Origin: Synergistota bacterium
Lineage (GTDB): Bacteria; Synergistota; GBS-1
Assembly (NCBI GenBank): GCA_021159885.1
Contig: JAGHDO010000068.1
Span: 16,118 to 80,117 of the forward strand
Direction of reading: 5' to 3'
Length of the DNA: 64,000 bases
Shown: piece by piece, positions 10,823 through 21,605 of the stretch
How the letters are laid out: each line of letters starts with the position of its first letter
Numbering within the stretch: position 1 is the stretch's first letter
The notes under the pieces: generated by a model
The model's database searches: none
The model's input: the letters and a program-made list of their open reading frames with translations, nothing else
What the model was told of the DNA's origin: nothing
Made by a program: the position numbers and the translations under genes

Positions 10823-10848
10823 CTTTCAGCCCTTCCTTCTCATTCTCA

Positions 10849-11322
10849 TTATATCAGATATTCTCTCTCTTTTAAACGCATCCTTTCTTTATCTTCATTT
10901 GAAGTGTGATCGTAGCCAAGCAGGTGAAGCAATCCATGAATTACAAGAAGCTTAACCTCAGATCCAGGGGCCCAGCCTGCTTCCTCAGCTTGCGAAATTG
11001 CCCTATCTACGGAAACTATCACCTCTCCTAACATGAAGAATGGCACTTTCTCATCAAGCTCATCCACCATAGAGAAGGCCAAAACATCTGTCGAACCTTC
11101 CCTCCCAGTATAAGTTTGATTTATAGGTATCATTTCTTCATCGCTAACAAAAGCTATGCTAACCTTCAGCTTAGAAAGGGGTATTTTCCCCCTATATTCT
11201 CCCCCGATAACCCTACGAGCTATCTCTCTCACCTCTCTCTGATTTAGCTTTACCCTCCTTAATAGCTTCCTTGGATCGCTTATTAGCACCCTCAACATCC
11301 TTTCCCCCTTCTGGGTACTCAA
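10849..11322 (-). CDS. ybeY: rRNA maturation endoribonuclease YbeY (start probably internal)
   Basis: HGLLHLLGYDH zinc-binding motif. Confidence 0.8.
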   Translation of the reverse strand: MSTQKGERMLRVLISDPRKLLRRVKLNQREVREIARRVIGGEYRGKIPLSKLKVSIAFVSDEEMIPINQTYTGREGSTDVLAFSMVDELDEKVPFFMLGEVIVSVDRAISQAEEAGWAPGSEVKLLVIHGLLHLLGYDHTSNEDKERMRLKEREYLI

Positions 11323-13240
11323 TTCTCGAGTGATACATGCCCCTTAAAACCTTAGTAAACGCTCTTACTATCTTCTCCAAATCCTCGAAGGAAAGAGGTG
11401 ACTCAGAAAGCTGACTATCCTCAACCTTAGCTCTGACTATTTCCCTTACCAAGCTCTCGATCTTGGAGGAGTTCGGTTCCTTCATAAGCCTCGCAGAAGC
11501 CTCTACCGAATCCGCAAGCATAACTATAGCTGCTTCCTTGCTCTGAGGCTTAGGCCCAGGGTATCTAAAATCGTCTGGATCGACATCCTCGCCACGCTCC
11601 TCTTTCGCTCTATGATAAAAGTAGGAAACTATAGTAGTTCCGTGATGCTGAGCTATTATGTCTATGATAGGCTGAGGAAGCCTATACTCCTTCGCAAGCT
11701 CTATCCCATCCTTGACATGCGAGATTATAACTAGAAGACTAAGATTCGGAGTTATTCTTTCATGATAATTATCCTGATCGATCTGATTCTCAACAAAGAG
11801 GTGGGGCCTCCTTATTTTGCCTATGTCATGATAATAGGACCCCACCCTCGCCAAAAGGGGATCAGCCCCAACTACCTCCGCAGCAGCCTCAGCAAGATTG
11901 GCAACAAGCAGGCTGTGGTGATAGGTTCCAGGAGCCTCGACTTGCAGTCTTCTTAAGAGGGGATGAGAGGGATCTGCAAGCTCAAGCAAGCGCAGTGGGG
12001 AAAAGATGTCAAAAAAGTTTTCAACATAAGGCAAAACTCCCATAACAAGTATGCTCGAGCCTACTCCATTTAAAAAACCATAAAAAACGTTAAGAAAGAG
12101 CTCCCTGAAAGATGAGTTTAGAAACAAACCTATGGCAGCAAGCGATACCGAATTAGCAAGACTCATAAACGTACCTGCTCTTATAAAAGCTCCTCTATGT
12201 CTTATATTTCTCACATATTTTATGCCTATTAATCCCCCAAAGAGCCCCAGTGCCAACGGTGTGAGCCCCGCTTCTCTAAAGAAGCTCAAAGCGAAAGCCA
12301 TGACCATTGTCATAAATATGCTAAATCTCGGATTAACGAGAATAGCATACGATAGGGAAATTATCCCTATGGGGACGAGAGCTGGAGAAACTGACGTCAG
12401 AAACTTACCTGCAAGCAGAATAGCGGAAGAAGATGTAAGGAGAAAAAGAAGAAATCCATTATCTTTCAGCTTATCCGTATACCATTCATCTATGTAAACG
12501 AAGCTTATCCATACGAGAAGGACAGATAAAACAGCGATCGCAAGAACTTTAAAGAGGAGTCCTTCTCCCAAAAGGCCAAGAGATTTGAGAATCAAGAGGT
12601 GTTCTCTCTTCAGTTTCTCTCCCTTGCGTACTATAAGCTCACCCCTTTGAACTTTTATCACAACCGGCTTAATCTCTTTCATAGCAAGCCGTCTCTGTCT
12701 CTCCGTTTCCTTCTCATCAAATCTAAGATTAGGTTTCAAGTTTCTTAAAAGAATTTCCTTTAGCTTAGCTATAATAGGGCTCGGAACTGCAAGCTCAGAA
12801 GCACTTTTTAAAACTCTATCAACAAAGGAGGAAAGCTCCTCTGCTGAGACACCGTCTTTAAAGCCTTTCTTAACGAGCTTAAATATATAATCCTTTTGCT
12901 CAGGGAGCAAATCCTTGAGAGACGAAAGCTTGGAGGAAAGCCTTTGCAAAACCTCGCGAGTTATATCCTCATCTATTACAAAAACCTTCTTAATCCTTGA
13001 AGCCGCTTCCTTTTTAAGTCTCTCAGTGGCCTCTCTATCCAGTATCTCAGCATCCTGAGGAGCAACTATATCATAAGGTGCCTTCTCACCAACCCTTAAG
13101 GGAATCCCCAGTACCGATACCCAATCCCACGAGAGGGTAAAAAAGGTTATCCCCCAAAAGGCAATTAGCATCAATATAGCATGTCTTTTCTCCTTCCATA
13201 GAAGAGCCCATTTAGATGCTCCCTTCTTTTTCGACGTCAT
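11213..13240 (-). CDS. pgpH: 7TM-receptor-HD (HDIG) membrane phosphohydrolase, PgpH/YqfF-like
   Basis: Multi-TM region followed by the HHSLLVANLAE...YYHDIGK HD-domain motifs. Sits in the conserved phoH-pgpH-ybeY context. Confidence 0.8.
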   Translation of the reverse strand: MTSKKKGASKWALLWKEKRHAILMLIAFWGITFFTLSWDWVSVLGIPLRVGEKAPYDIVAPQDAEILDREATERLKKEAASRIKKVFVIDEDITREVLQRLSSKLSSLKDLLPEQKDYIFKLVKKGFKDGVSAEELSSFVDRVLKSASELAVPSPIIAKLKEILLRNLKPNLRFDEKETERQRRLAMKEIKPVVIKVQRGELIVRKGEKLKREHLLILKSLGLLGEGLLFKVLAIAVLSVLLVWISFVYIDEWYTDKLKDNGFLLFLLTSSSAILLAGKFLTSVSPALVPIGIISLSYAILVNPRFSIFMTMVMAFALSFFREAGLTPLALGLFGGLIGIKYVRNIRHRGAFIRAGTFMSLANSVSLAAIGLFLNSSFRELFLNVFYGFLNGVGSSILVMGVLPYVENFFDIFSPLRLLELADPSHPLLRRLQVEAPGTYHHSLLVANLAEAAAEVVGADPLLARVGSYYHDIGKIRRPHLFVENQIDQDNYHERITPNLSLLVIISHVKDGIELAKEYRLPQPIIDIIAQHHGTTIVSYFYHRAKEERGEDVDPDDFRYPGPKPQSKEAAIVMLADSVEASARLMKEPNSSKIESLVREIVRAKVEDSQLSESPLSFEDLEKIVRAFTKVLRGMYHSRIEYPEGGKDVEGANKRSKEAIKEGKAKSERGERDSS

Positions 13241-14210
13241 CTTCCCTCCTCATTTCATATTCCTCGTAAGCTTTAACAATCTTTTGAACAAGTTCGTGTC
13301 TGACAACGTCTTGATCGGTAAGGTACACGAAAGCTATACCGCTTATTCCAACAAGGATATCCCTTACCTCTATAAGTCCGGACCTTTTACCCGGAAGGTC
13401 TACTTGGGTTATATCACCGGTTATCACCATTTTAGAACCAAAACCAAGCCTGGTTAGAAACATTTTCATCTGCTCCGGGGTAGCATTCTGCGCCTCATCA
13501 AGTATCACGAAGGCATCGTTTAAGGTTCTTCCCCTCATGTAAGCCAAGGGTGCTATCTCTATCGCCCCACTCTCAACTAACTTTTGGAATCTCTCAACAC
13601 CGAGCATTTCATAAAGAGCATCATAAAGAGGCCTTAAATAGGGTTCTATCTTCTCTTTAAGATCCCCAGGCAAGAAACCAAGTTTTTCCCCAGCCTCAAC
13701 GGCGGGTCTAACCAGTATAATCCTCCCTACCTTTCTCCCCTGAAGAAATGAAACGGCCACCGCCACCGCGAGATATGTCTTACCAGTGCCCGCGGGTCCT
13801 ATAGCAAAGGTTATATCATTTTTCCTTATAGCCTCAACATACTTCTTTTGACCGATGGTTTTAGGCCTTATAAGTTTACCTCTTTCTGTAATCTGAATTA
13901 CATCTCCATATAGCTCACCAAGCCTGAGATTTTTCCCTTGTTTTAGCATTCTTATGCTATACTTGAGCTCCTTCAACGTTATAGGATGCCCCTTTCGAGC
14001 TATCTCCATCATTTCCTGAAAAAGTATGCCCGCTTTCCTAACGGATTCCTCATCACTACCAACCATAACAAGCTCGTTTCCTCGCGGGAAAATCCTAACA
14101 TTAAAGCTTTTTTCAACGAACCTCAGATTTTCGTCTTCCTTTCCCGCAACGTTTATCATAACGGCATCATCATCCGCCCAGAACCTTATTTCCCTTCTGG
14201 AACTGACCAC
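13212..14210 (-). CDS. phoH: PhoH-like ATPase
   Basis: GPAGTGKTYLA Walker A and the PhoH core. Confidence 0.9.
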   Translation of the reverse strand: MVSSRREIRFWADDDAVMINVAGKEDENLRFVEKSFNVRIFPRGNELVMVGSDEESVRKAGILFQEMMEIARKGHPITLKELKYSIRMLKQGKNLRLGELYGDVIQITERGKLIRPKTIGQKKYVEAIRKNDITFAIGPAGTGKTYLAVAVAVSFLQGRKVGRIILVRPAVEAGEKLGFLPGDLKEKIEPYLRPLYDALYEMLGVERFQKLVESGAIEIAPLAYMRGRTLNDAFVILDEAQNATPEQMKMFLTRLGFGSKMVITGDITQVDLPGKRSGLIEVRDILVGISGIAFVYLTDQDVVRHELVQKIVKAYEEYEMRREDDVEKEGSI

Positions 14211-14228
14211 GCTTTAAAAATCACCCCC

Positions 14229-14459
14229 TTAAACGGACTCTACTTTCTTCACTTCTGGAACATGCTTTCTTATCGTACTTTCTACCATCCCCTTCAAGGT
14301 AAGCGTAGCAAAGGGGCATCCCCCGCAATGCCCGGTTAGCCGGATTCTGACCGTGCCATCTTCCTCAATGCTCACGAGCTCCGCACCTCCACCATCAGCT
14401 GCAAGATAGGGGTTAACCAGCTTATCCAACACCTCTTTTACTTTCTCCTCAAGTCCCAT
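14229..14459 (-). CDS. NifU-like Fe-S cluster domain protein
   Basis: 76 aa with the GHCGGCP motif of the NifU C-terminal domain. Confidence 0.6.
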   Translation of the reverse strand: MGLEEKVKEVLDKLVNPYLAADGGGAELVSIEEDGTVRIRLTGHCGGCPFATLTLKGMVESTIRKHVPEVKKVESV

Positions 14460-14474
14460 TAGGCAAAACCTCCT

Positions 14475-15869
14475 TTAAACAGGATATGCATAATCATCCC
14501 ACGGATCTTCAAAACCTATATCGACCTTACACTTTCTGGCATACTTTCTCATCAGAAACTCGAGCGCAACTTGAGGGAAAAGAGCATAAGTTAAAACATC
14601 TTCTGGTTCCATTGCAAATATACCAAGCTCTTTCTTACACCTGTCGAGTATGGGTTCTAAAAGATCCGCTGGTCTACAATCTATAGGCTCCTCATCACCT
14701 ATAGCCTTTTTCTTGATCTCCGGATCTATGGGACCCGGAGGTCTACCATAAAAGCCCTTTATATAATCTCGCACTTCCTTAGGAATAACCTTATCTCTCT
14801 CACCGAGAAGGACATTTAAAGCAGCCTGTGTTCCAACGACCTGACTCGTTGGCGTCACGAGCGGAGGATAGCCGAGCTCTTTTCTAACCCTCGGAACTTC
14901 CTCAAGCACCGCCTGAAGCTTATCTAAAGCATTCTGCTCTTTAAGCTGGCTTACCAAGTTAGAGTACATACCTCCTGGAATTTGATATATTAGAATATTT
15001 ATGTTAACTATGGGATCTATAAGCTTATCCCTGTGATTTTCCCTGACCTTTCTGAAATATTCTGATATACAGACCAGAGCATCTAAGTCTATACCCGTAT
15101 CATACTCAGTTCCCCTAAGGACATAAACCATGGTTTCAGTAGGAGGATGAGAAGTACCAAGCGCAAAGGGAGACATCGCGGTATCTACAACATCAGCGCC
15201 AGCCTCTATAGCCTTAAGAAGGGTCATAGAGGCCATACCGCTGGTATAATGAGAGTGGACTTGAACGGGTATATCAAATCGTTCCTTTATAGATTTAACA
15301 AGTTCATAAGCAGCGCTGGGAGAAAGAAGCCCCGCCATATCCTTTATGCAAATGGAGTCCGCTCCAAGCTCCACCATTTCCTTTACCATTTCCATATATT
15401 TATCAAGCGTGTGAACCGGAGATATAGTATAGCTTATCGAAAGCTGAACGTGCGCTCCTTCCCTCTTGGCGGTCTCAGCAGCAACTTCCATATTTCGGAC
15501 GTCGTTTAAAGCATCAAATATTCTGAATATACTTATGCCGTTTGCTACCGCCCTCTTGACAAACTCCCTCACGACATCGTCCGGATAATTTCTATATCCC
15601 ACGATATTCTGTCCGCGCAGAAGCATCTGCAAGGGAGTTTTTCTAAATCTCTTTTTAAGCTCTCTTAACCTCTCCCATGGGTCTTCATCGAGAAACCTTA
15701 TACAGGAATCAAAAGTGGCTCCTCCCCAGACCTCTACCGAGTGAAAGCCTACCTCATCCATTGCCTCCGCTATGGGAAGCATCTCATCGGTTCTCATTCT
15801 CGTGGCTATGAGAGATTGATGACCATCTCTTAACGTTAAATCCGTTATACCTATTTTCCTTTTAGACAT
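14475..15869 (-). CDS. oxaloacetate decarboxylase alpha / pyruvate carboxylase subunit B-type carboxyltransferase, with no biotinyl domain
   Basis: LRDGHQS...HSHYTSG carboxyltransferase 5S signature. At 464 aa it lacks a C-terminal biotin-carrier domain. Confidence 0.8.
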   Translation of the reverse strand: MSKRKIGITDLTLRDGHQSLIATRMRTDEMLPIAEAMDEVGFHSVEVWGGATFDSCIRFLDEDPWERLRELKKRFRKTPLQMLLRGQNIVGYRNYPDDVVREFVKRAVANGISIFRIFDALNDVRNMEVAAETAKREGAHVQLSISYTISPVHTLDKYMEMVKEMVELGADSICIKDMAGLLSPSAAYELVKSIKERFDIPVQVHSHYTSGMASMTLLKAIEAGADVVDTAMSPFALGTSHPPTETMVYVLRGTEYDTGIDLDALVCISEYFRKVRENHRDKLIDPIVNINILIYQIPGGMYSNLVSQLKEQNALDKLQAVLEEVPRVRKELGYPPLVTPTSQVVGTQAALNVLLGERDKVIPKEVRDYIKGFYGRPPGPIDPEIKKKAIGDEEPIDCRPADLLEPILDRCKKELGIFAMEPEDVLTYALFPQVALEFLMRKYARKCKVDIGFEDPWDDYAYPV

Positions 15870-15870
15870 A

Positions 15871-16647
15871 TTATAGCACCTCTTTCTTTTTTGCCTCCTC
15901 CCACCATCTTTCCATCTCTTCTAAACTAAATGATGAAAGCGGTTTGTTTTCTTCCTTAGCCTTATTCTCTATATAGAGAAATCTTCTTTTAAACTTCTCA
16001 TTAATTGAATGAAGCGCGATCTCCGGATTCACGCCGATGAACCTCGCTAAGTTAACTATCGCGAAGAGGAGATCACCGAGCTCCTCCTCCATCTTACCGC
16101 GATCCCCCTTAGAATACGCTTCCCTAAATTCCTTCCACTCCTCCTCTACCTTTTTCATCACCTCCTCAGTCCTATTCCAGTCAAAGCCGACTCTCCTTGC
16201 CCTCTCCTGAAGCTCATACGCTCGCAACAAGGCAGGAAGATGCGGTGGAACACCATCTAAAATCGATTTCTTTTTCTTCTCCTTTTTCTTCATTGCCTCC
16301 CAGTTTAGCAAAACTTCGTCTGAATCCTTAAACCTCTTATCACCGAAAACATGAGGATGTCTCCTTATAAGCTTATCATTGATGCCTCTAATCACATCCT
16401 TTATATCGAACAACCCTTCTTCCTTGGCTATCTGCGCTTGAAATATTATCTGAAGAAGAAGATCCCCAAGTTCCTCTTCCAGAGAAGAAAAGTCCCTGCT
16501 CTTTATCGCATCCACAACTTCATAAGCTTCCTCAAGAAGATAAGAAAGCAAACTGTCTAAGGTCTGCTTCTTATCCCAAGGACAACCATTCTCACCGCGT
16601 AGCTTCTCCATTATGCCAACGAGACGTTCAAATTCTTTTCCCGCCAT
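15871..16647 (-). CDS. mazG: nucleoside triphosphate pyrophosphohydrolase MazG
   Basis: Tandem EEAYEV / EExGDLLF MazG motifs. Confidence 0.85.
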   Translation of the reverse strand: MAGKEFERLVGIMEKLRGENGCPWDKKQTLDSLLSYLLEEAYEVVDAIKSRDFSSLEEELGDLLLQIIFQAQIAKEEGLFDIKDVIRGINDKLIRRHPHVFGDKRFKDSDEVLLNWEAMKKKEKKKKSILDGVPPHLPALLRAYELQERARRVGFDWNRTEEVMKKVEEEWKEFREAYSKGDRGKMEEELGDLLFAIVNLARFIGVNPEIALHSINEKFKRRFLYIENKAKEENKPLSSFSLEEMERWWEEAKKKEVL

Positions 16648-19397
16648 GCTTCCCTCATCTCCTTAAGATCCGTAAGCGTTTTTGATAATACCCTTTGAAC
16701 CCCATTTAAGGAGAGAGAATCTCTCTCAAATCGCAGGTTATCCCCACAAAAGCCAACGGAGAGAAGGTATCTCCTCACATCCGATCTTCCACCCCATATG
16801 GCAGGATGGAGCAAAAGCCGAAGCCCTCCCTTCCTGAAGGAAATTTCAGAAACGCCAGCCTCTTCTGCCATAACTTTAAAATGAATCGTTTTAAACAGAT
16901 TTTCAACTGGCATTGGAATCTCGCCAAATCTTTCCTTAAGTTCAGCTCGCAAGTCCTCAAGATCATCTATGGAATTTATTCCGATAAGCCTCCTGTAGTA
17001 GTAAAGCCTCTCCTCTCCCTCTTTAACATAGCCCTCCGGTATAAAGGCATCAAGCCCAAGATCAACTTTTGCAGAAATCACTCGCGGAAGCTCACCCTTA
17101 AGAGAGGTAATTGCCTCTTCAAGCATCTTAGAATAGAGGTGAAAACCAACTGCATTGACAAATCCATGTTGCTCCGGGCCAAGAATGTTTCCCACGCCTC
17201 GGATTTGCATGTCTCTTAGAGCAAGTCTCAGAGACGAGCCAAGCTCTCCAAACTCCTTGATGGCTTCGAGCCTCTTAATCGCTGAATCCGTAAGCGAATC
17301 CTCATTCTCATATAGAAAGTAAACGTATGCTTGCTTATCCGCCCTTCCCACTCTTCCTCTAAGCTGATAGAGCTGAGCCAAGCCAAGTCTTTCCGCTCCA
17401 CGAACCAGCAAGGTATTAGCGGAAGGAATATCAAGACCATTTTCGATTATCGTTGTGCATATCAAAACATTGATTTCACCCGATATAAAATCAAGCATCA
17501 CCTTCTCAAGACGCTCCTCTCCCATCTTTCCGTGAGCAATGCCTATCCTTGCAAAAGGAACGAGCTTAGAGATTCTCTTAGCAAACGAGATCAGATCCTC
17601 CACTCTGTTATGAACCACAAAAACTTGCCCGCCTCTCTCGAGCTCGCGGATTATCGCTTTCCTGACGAGCTCATTATCCCATTTCCCAACGTATATTTCT
17701 ACATTTCTTCTCCCAGCGGGAGGAGTGTTTATTACACTTATATCTTTTATTCCACTTAAGCTCAAGTAAAGCGTCCTTGGTATAGGCGTAGCTGTTAGAG
17801 TCAATACATCTACGTCCACTCTCATTTTTTTTAGCTTTTCCTTCTGCATAACGCCAAATCTCTGTTCCTCATCTATTATAAGCAGCCCAAGATCCTTGAA
17901 GGTTATGGCATCGCTTAAAAGCATATGCGTACCTACAACTATATCGATGCTTCCCTTTCTTATTCCTTCCATAACCTCACTTTGCTCTCTCCTTGAGAGA
18001 AACCTGCTTAGCATAGCCACATTCACGGGAAAGCCTTCCATCCTCCTCTTTATGTTGAGATAGTGTTGAAAGGCGAGAACCGTGGTAGGGCATAAGAAAG
18101 CAACCTGCTTGCCATCCATAACTGCTTTAAAAGCAGCTCTAAAGGCAACCTCCGTTTTACCGTATCCCACATCCCCGCAGATCAATCTGTCCATGGGACG
18201 AGTAGACTCCATATCCCTTTTGACATCCTCTATTGCTCTCAGTTGATCTGGCGTCTCATCATATTCAAATCTCGCCTCAAATTCTCTTTGCCATTCGGTA
18301 TCCTTCGAGAAAGCATATCCCGGTGAAACGCTCCTTAAAGCATATATTCTTACGAGTTCCTTAGCTATATTCTCTACGTTTTTTTTAACCCTCTTCTTGA
18401 GAGCAGACCATCCGCTTCTTTTAAGGCTGGCTAAGGGAGGAGACTCAGTCCCACCGAGATATGGAGAAACCTTATCGATCTTGCTCGAGGGAACGTAAAG
18501 CTTTTCGCCATTTGCATACTCAAGAAGAAGATAATCACCCTCAACCCCATCGACCTTTATCCGTTTTATTCCCCTGAATATGGCTATTCCATAATCTTCA
18601 TGAACAACATAGTCTCCCTCGCTAAAGGAGAGCTCTCTTTCAAGAACACCGGGGAGATGAGGATTCCAAGGAATGTTTAAGCCATCTTCTATATCCTCTC
18701 TGTATAAGAGAAGAAACGGCTGTTCTGCTTTTCGTGGAATCGAAATATTCTCTATCGGATAAGCCCATATAACAAGTGAATCCCGAGATAGAAACTCCCA
18801 AAAACGCCCTTCTTCTCCCATATTGGGTGGAGGAATTCTATACTTTTTAAGGCTCCTTGCCCTCGCCAAAGGATCATCAGGATCTGATAATCCTATATAG
18901 TCCACCTCCTCCCCATAAAGGGAAACGGTTATAAGTCCCTCAGGTGTTCTTATCTCGAAGACATCCCCCCTTACCGTAAATTCTCCTCTATCGAGAGGGG
19001 GTTCGCTTCTCCTATAGCCAGCTTCTTTAAGGAAGGAAAGAAGCCTGCCATACCCAAGGTACTCACCTTTCACCACCGTCAAGGTCTCTCCACGTATAAA
19101 GTCTCTCGAAAGCGCAAGCCATTGTGGCATAATGATGATAAGGTCTCCTCTTAGTGAGAAAAATTCCTCGACACTCCTTACTCGAAAAACGCTTCCTGGA
19201 AAGGCAGAAGCAAGACCCTCCTCAACATCGGAAAGAATAGCCCCCTCTGGCAGGATAAGACATACGTTTCCCCAGGGGCTGTTAAAAAGCTTTCTAATTA
19301 TATACCAAATACCGCCTTTTCTGACCCTGCCTACTCGAACGCATCTTTCCGTTATTAATTTATCTCTAAGCTTATCTATAAAGGATTTACTGCTCAT
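16611..19397 (-). CDS. mfd: transcription-repair coupling factor Mfd (short N-terminus)
   Basis: GDVGYGKTEVA helicase motif I, DEEQRFGV motif II, RID-like GDYVVHEDYGIA, and a C-terminal TRCF domain. Confidence 0.9.
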   Translation of the reverse strand: MSSKSFIDKLRDKLITERCVRVGRVRKGGIWYIIRKLFNSPWGNVCLILPEGAILSDVEEGLASAFPGSVFRVRSVEEFFSLRGDLIIIMPQWLALSRDFIRGETLTVVKGEYLGYGRLLSFLKEAGYRRSEPPLDRGEFTVRGDVFEIRTPEGLITVSLYGEEVDYIGLSDPDDPLARARSLKKYRIPPPNMGEEGRFWEFLSRDSLVIWAYPIENISIPRKAEQPFLLLYREDIEDGLNIPWNPHLPGVLERELSFSEGDYVVHEDYGIAIFRGIKRIKVDGVEGDYLLLEYANGEKLYVPSSKIDKVSPYLGGTESPPLASLKRSGWSALKKRVKKNVENIAKELVRIYALRSVSPGYAFSKDTEWQREFEARFEYDETPDQLRAIEDVKRDMESTRPMDRLICGDVGYGKTEVAFRAAFKAVMDGKQVAFLCPTTVLAFQHYLNIKRRMEGFPVNVAMLSRFLSRREQSEVMEGIRKGSIDIVVGTHMLLSDAITFKDLGLLIIDEEQRFGVMQKEKLKKMRVDVDVLTLTATPIPRTLYLSLSGIKDISVINTPPAGRRNVEIYVGKWDNELVRKAIIRELERGGQVFVVHNRVEDLISFAKRISKLVPFARIGIAHGKMGEERLEKVMLDFISGEINVLICTTIIENGLDIPSANTLLVRGAERLGLAQLYQLRGRVGRADKQAYVYFLYENEDSLTDSAIKRLEAIKEFGELGSSLRLALRDMQIRGVGNILGPEQHGFVNAVGFHLYSKMLEEAITSLKGELPRVISAKVDLGLDAFIPEGYVKEGEERLYYYRRLIGINSIDDLEDLRAELKERFGEIPMPVENLFKTIHFKVMAEEAGVSEISFRKGGLRLLLHPAIWGGRSDVRRYLLSVGFCGDNLRFERDSLSLNGVQRVLSKTLTDLKEMREAWREKNLNVSLA

Positions 19398-19965
19398 CTT
19401 CCGAACTACCTTTAAAATTAAAGTTATAAATAGACATGGCTTTCTCTATCCCATCGCTTAAGATGGATTCAATCGCATCTGCAGCCCTTGATAGAAAGAG
19501 AGGAAGTATCCTCATCTCTTCATCACTAAATTCACTAAGGACGAAATATTCATATCCCTGCGGAGGCGGAGGCCCTATACCCAGACGAACACGCGGGATC
19601 TCCCGCGTTCCAAGCGCGGTTATAATTGATTCCATACCCCTGTGTCCACCAGAGCTTCCTGACTTTCTTATCCTTATACTCCCAAAGGGAAGATGAAGAT
19701 CATCATATATTATCAAGAAATCAGAAGGCGAGGCTCCATACCTCAGACTTAACTCCCTAAGAGCCTCGCCACTCCTATTCATATAAGTCATCGGTTTTAC
19801 CAGTACTATTTCTTTCCCCTTCCTGCCTATAAGAGCATTACATTCATATACCTCTACTCTTACCCCCCATCTCCCCGAAAGAAGATCTATTACCCTAAAA
19901 CCTATATTATGCCTTGTAAATTCATATTTAGAACCTGGGTTCCCCAAACCTACTATAAATCGCAA
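19387..19965 (-). CDS. pth: peptidyl-tRNA hydrolase
   Basis: MRFIVGLGNPGSKYEFTRHNIG N-terminus. Confidence 0.9.
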   Translation of the reverse strand: MRFIVGLGNPGSKYEFTRHNIGFRVIDLLSGRWGVRVEVYECNALIGRKGKEIVLVKPMTYMNRSGEALRELSLRYGASPSDFLIIYDDLHLPFGSIRIRKSGSSGGHRGMESIITALGTREIPRVRLGIGPPPPQGYEYFVLSEFSDEEMRILPLFLSRAADAIESILSDGIEKAMSIYNFNFKGSSEDEQ

Positions 19966-19974
19966 GCGAGCGCG

Positions 19975-20625
19975 TTACTCCTCCTCCTTTTCCTTGCCCT
20001 TAGGAGCAACCTCAGGCTCCGCAGCCTCCTCTTCCTCCACTGCTTCCTCGGCCACTTCTTCCTCAACGGGCTCAGATATAACTACCACCGTTGTCTCAGG
20101 ATCCTCAAGCACCTTAACTCCTTCGGGAAGCTTAAGATCCTCAACGTGAATCGCATCTCCCATTTCAAGTTCGGTTATGTCTACCTCTATCCTCTCAGGG
20201 ATATTTCTCGGTAGACACTCAACCTCAACACTCCAAAGCTGTTGCTCAAGTATCCCTCCCATCTTGACTCCCTTACAAACATCCTTTCCCAAAAGAACGA
20301 TGGGAACCTCAACCGTAACCATCTTGCCCTTCTCAAGCTCGAGAAAGTCAAGATGCACAATTTCGTCTGTCAAAGGATCAACCTGAATTTCCTTAAGAAG
20401 AACATCGTAGCCCCTGCCATCATCGAGCTTAATGGTATAAACGGTATGCTCAAGATCCTTGAATGATACCTTTCTGACAATTTCTTTCCTCTCAAACTTA
20501 ATCGGAATACTTCCAGCACTGCCACCATAGAGAATGGCAGGTATAAAACCATTCCTCCTTAGCCTCTTAGATTCGCCTTTTCCTATCCTTTCTCTAACGT
20601 AAGCTCTAAGCTCAGATGCCTTCAT
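19975..20625 (-). CDS. rplY: 50S ribosomal protein L25 / general stress protein Ctc
   Basis: L25/Ctc N-terminal and beta-barrel domains with an acidic E-rich tail. Confidence 0.85.
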   Translation of the reverse strand: MKASELRAYVRERIGKGESKRLRRNGFIPAILYGGSAGSIPIKFERKEIVRKVSFKDLEHTVYTIKLDDGRGYDVLLKEIQVDPLTDEIVHLDFLELEKGKMVTVEVPIVLLGKDVCKGVKMGGILEQQLWSVEVECLPRNIPERIEVDITELEMGDAIHVEDLKLPEGVKVLEDPETTVVVISEPVEEEVAEEAVEEEEAAEPEVAPKGKEKEEE

Positions 20626-21605
20626 TTTTCTCCCTCCCGCTTAAACAGCATACTTACCGACAGATTATAATGTATCCTTCTTATCGCCTCCGCAAATAGA
20701 GGCGCCATCGACCTTATCTCTATCTTATCTATTTTCTTTTCTGGAGATAGAGGAATGGTATCGGTCAATAAGACCTCCTTTATCCTGGAGTTTTTTAATC
20801 TTTCTATAGCTTTACCCGATAGAACCGCATGGGTAGCACACGCGTAAACCTCGGTTGCTCCCCTTTCCAATATAGCTTCAGAAGCGTTAACAATAGTTCC
20901 AGCGGTATCTATTATATCATCTACTATTATGGCTATCCTGTTTTTGACCTCTCCAACCACCTCCATGACCTCAGAAACGTTAGGAATCTCTCTGGGTCTT
21001 CTCTTATCAACGATAGCAATGGCAGCCTTCAAATGCTCTGCAAATTTCCTTGCCCTAACCACACCTCCAACGTCGGGAGATACAACAACTATATCATCCC
21101 TTTCTCCAAGCTTCTTAGCAAAATAATCCGCCAATATGGGAATAGCAGTTAGATGATCAAGAGGAATATCGAAAAATCCCTGAATCTGACCCGCATGAAG
21201 ATCCGCCGTTAGAACCCTATCTGCACCAGCAGTTGTTATAAGATTAGCGACAAGCTTAGCAGTTATGGGCTCTCTTCCTTGTGTTTTTCTATCCTGACGC
21301 GCATATCCATAGTATGGAATAACCGCTGTGATTCTCGCTGCAGATGCTCTTCTCAGTGCATCGAGCATAATGAGAAGCTCCATAAGATTCTTATCCCCGG
21401 GATAGCAAGTAGGCTGAATCACGAAGACATCCGCACCTCTTACGTTTTCCTCAATCCTTATATATATTTCTCCATCACTGAACCGAGATATCTTGGCATT
21501 AGAAAGTCTTGTCCCCATGTGAGAAGCTACCGCCTCAGCGAACTCGGGATTAGCAGTCCCCGAAAAAATCTTCAAACCGCTGTCAGAGGAAAAGCGATCA
21601 ACCAT
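20622..21605 (-). CDS. prs: ribose-phosphate pyrophosphokinase
   Basis: [11 protein letters not shown] and the PRPP-binding motif [10 protein letters not shown]. Confidence 0.9.
   Translation of the reverse strand: MVDRFSSDSGLKIFSGTANPEFAEAVASHMGTRLSNAKISRFSDGEIYIRIEENVRGADVFVIQPTCYPGDKNLMELLIMLDALRRASAARITAVIPYYGYARQDRKTQGREPITAKLVANLITTAGADRVLTADLHAGQIQGFFDIPLDHLTAIPILADYFAKKLGERDDIVVVSPDVGGVVRARKFAEHLKAAIAIVDKRRPREIPNVSEVMEVVGEVKNRIAIIVDDIIDTAGTIVNASEAILERGATEVYACATHAVLSGKAIERLKNSRIKEVLLTDTIPLSPEKKIDKIEIRSMAPLFAEAIRRIHYNLSVSMLFKREGEK

Noticed and set aside
16775-16966. 63-aa minus-strand ORF in an alternative frame inside mfd.
   Set aside because: It is embedded in a well-supported gene on the same strand in a different frame. 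No independent signals.
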